A stretch of 64,000 nt of DNA, from contig NC_087437.1 in assembly GCF_036321535.1 (NCBI RefSeq), positions 59,584,001-59,648,000 on the forward strand. The letters are read 5' to 3'. A program made the position numbers and the translations under genes. The notes beneath the pieces are model-generated. The model searched no databases and was not told the origin of the DNA. It saw nothing but the letters and a program-made list of their open reading frames with translations. Positions 63,490 to 64,000 of this stretch are shown here, in pieces; positions within the stretch are counted from its first letter, which is position 1; every line of letters begins with the position of its first letter. The DNA comes from Camelus dromedarius (lineage: Eukaryota).

Positions 63490-63715
63490 GTTGGACTTGG
63501 AATTCAGACAGGCATGCATGGATTCAAGTCCTGGCTCAGCCATTAATCAGTGGCTGTGACTTTGGACAAAGTATTTCACCTCTCTGAATCTTGGTGACTT
63601 CATCTATTAAACGAATGATTCTCATCTTACAATTGCCTAAGAGCAGCTAAATGAGATCATAAAGCTGCAAGCATTCATCAGCGGTCCTGGTGTTAGGTAC
63701 TTAGATAAGTGGGGG
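63490..63715. mobile_element. MIR SINE
   Basis: 'ggattcaagtcctggctcagccatt...ctgtgactttggacaaagtatttcacctctctgaatcttggtgacttcatctattaaa'. Confidence 0.8.
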
Positions 63716-63795
63716 CACCAGGCAGACAGGTGGAGGAGCAGGAGGATGGTTGGGAAGATGGCCACCTCCAGCATAAAGGGGCTTTACTTCCTCTA

Positions 63796-63886
63796 AATGA
63801 GCACCAGTAAGAAACCGGTTAGAACCTGACAGCTGCAGCTGCGCAGTAGTGAGAAGGACCTAACCGGACATGACCCGGTGCTCATT
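63796..63886. repeat. 91-bp degenerate palindrome / hairpin
   Basis: AATGAGCACC (63796-63805) / GGTGCTCATT (63877-63886), CCGGTTAG (63815-63822) / CTAACCGG (63860-63867), CCT (63825-63827) / AGG (63855-63857), all on one symmetry axis. Confidence 0.8.
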
Positions 63887-64000
63887 GTAATATAATTAGC
63901 GCTGTGATTTAGGCCCCCCAGGGGTTTTTCTGTGTGCATCATGGGTAAGGACATGCCCAAAGAGGACAAGCATGACCAGGCATTCCAGGGGCAGAGCCGT

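Noticed and set aside
1..64000. A novel multi-gene system or an identifiable host gene
   Set aside because: No coding exons, operon-like structure or array found; the locus cannot be named from the sequence alone

Overview
Mammalian, almost certainly camelid (camel/alpaca/llama), non-coding genomic DNA. The lineage call rests on three tRNA-Ala-derived SINEs of the Vic-1 type and on cetartiodactyl-type L1 3' ends. I find no supportable protein-coding exon, CpG island or functional tRNA/rRNA gene. The ORFs in the track are chance ORFs, microsatellite read-through, or decayed L1 ORF2 fragments. The window looks like a gene desert or large intron. It holds layered transposon fossils: a deleted ERV1-class provirus with a tRNA-Ser primer-binding site, a 2.2-kb Charlie1 hAT remnant with a nested L1, MER5A, MER20, MER8, MER53, MER63, HAL1, old and young L1, MaLR/ERVL LTRs, L2, MIR and CR1. 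Between these lie unique, motif-dense blocks that may be enhancers, plus one strong CTCF-like site. The most unusual items are a 253-bp TSD-flanked polyadenylated orphan retro-insertion inside an old L1 (53490-53742), a 91-bp coaxial palindrome with retained CpGs (63796-63886), and a posterior-HOX motif cluster (46590-46860). I do not see convincing evidence of a new multi-gene system. Repeat family names are from recognition of remembered consensus sequences, not from a database search; boundaries without TSD/TIR support are approximate.
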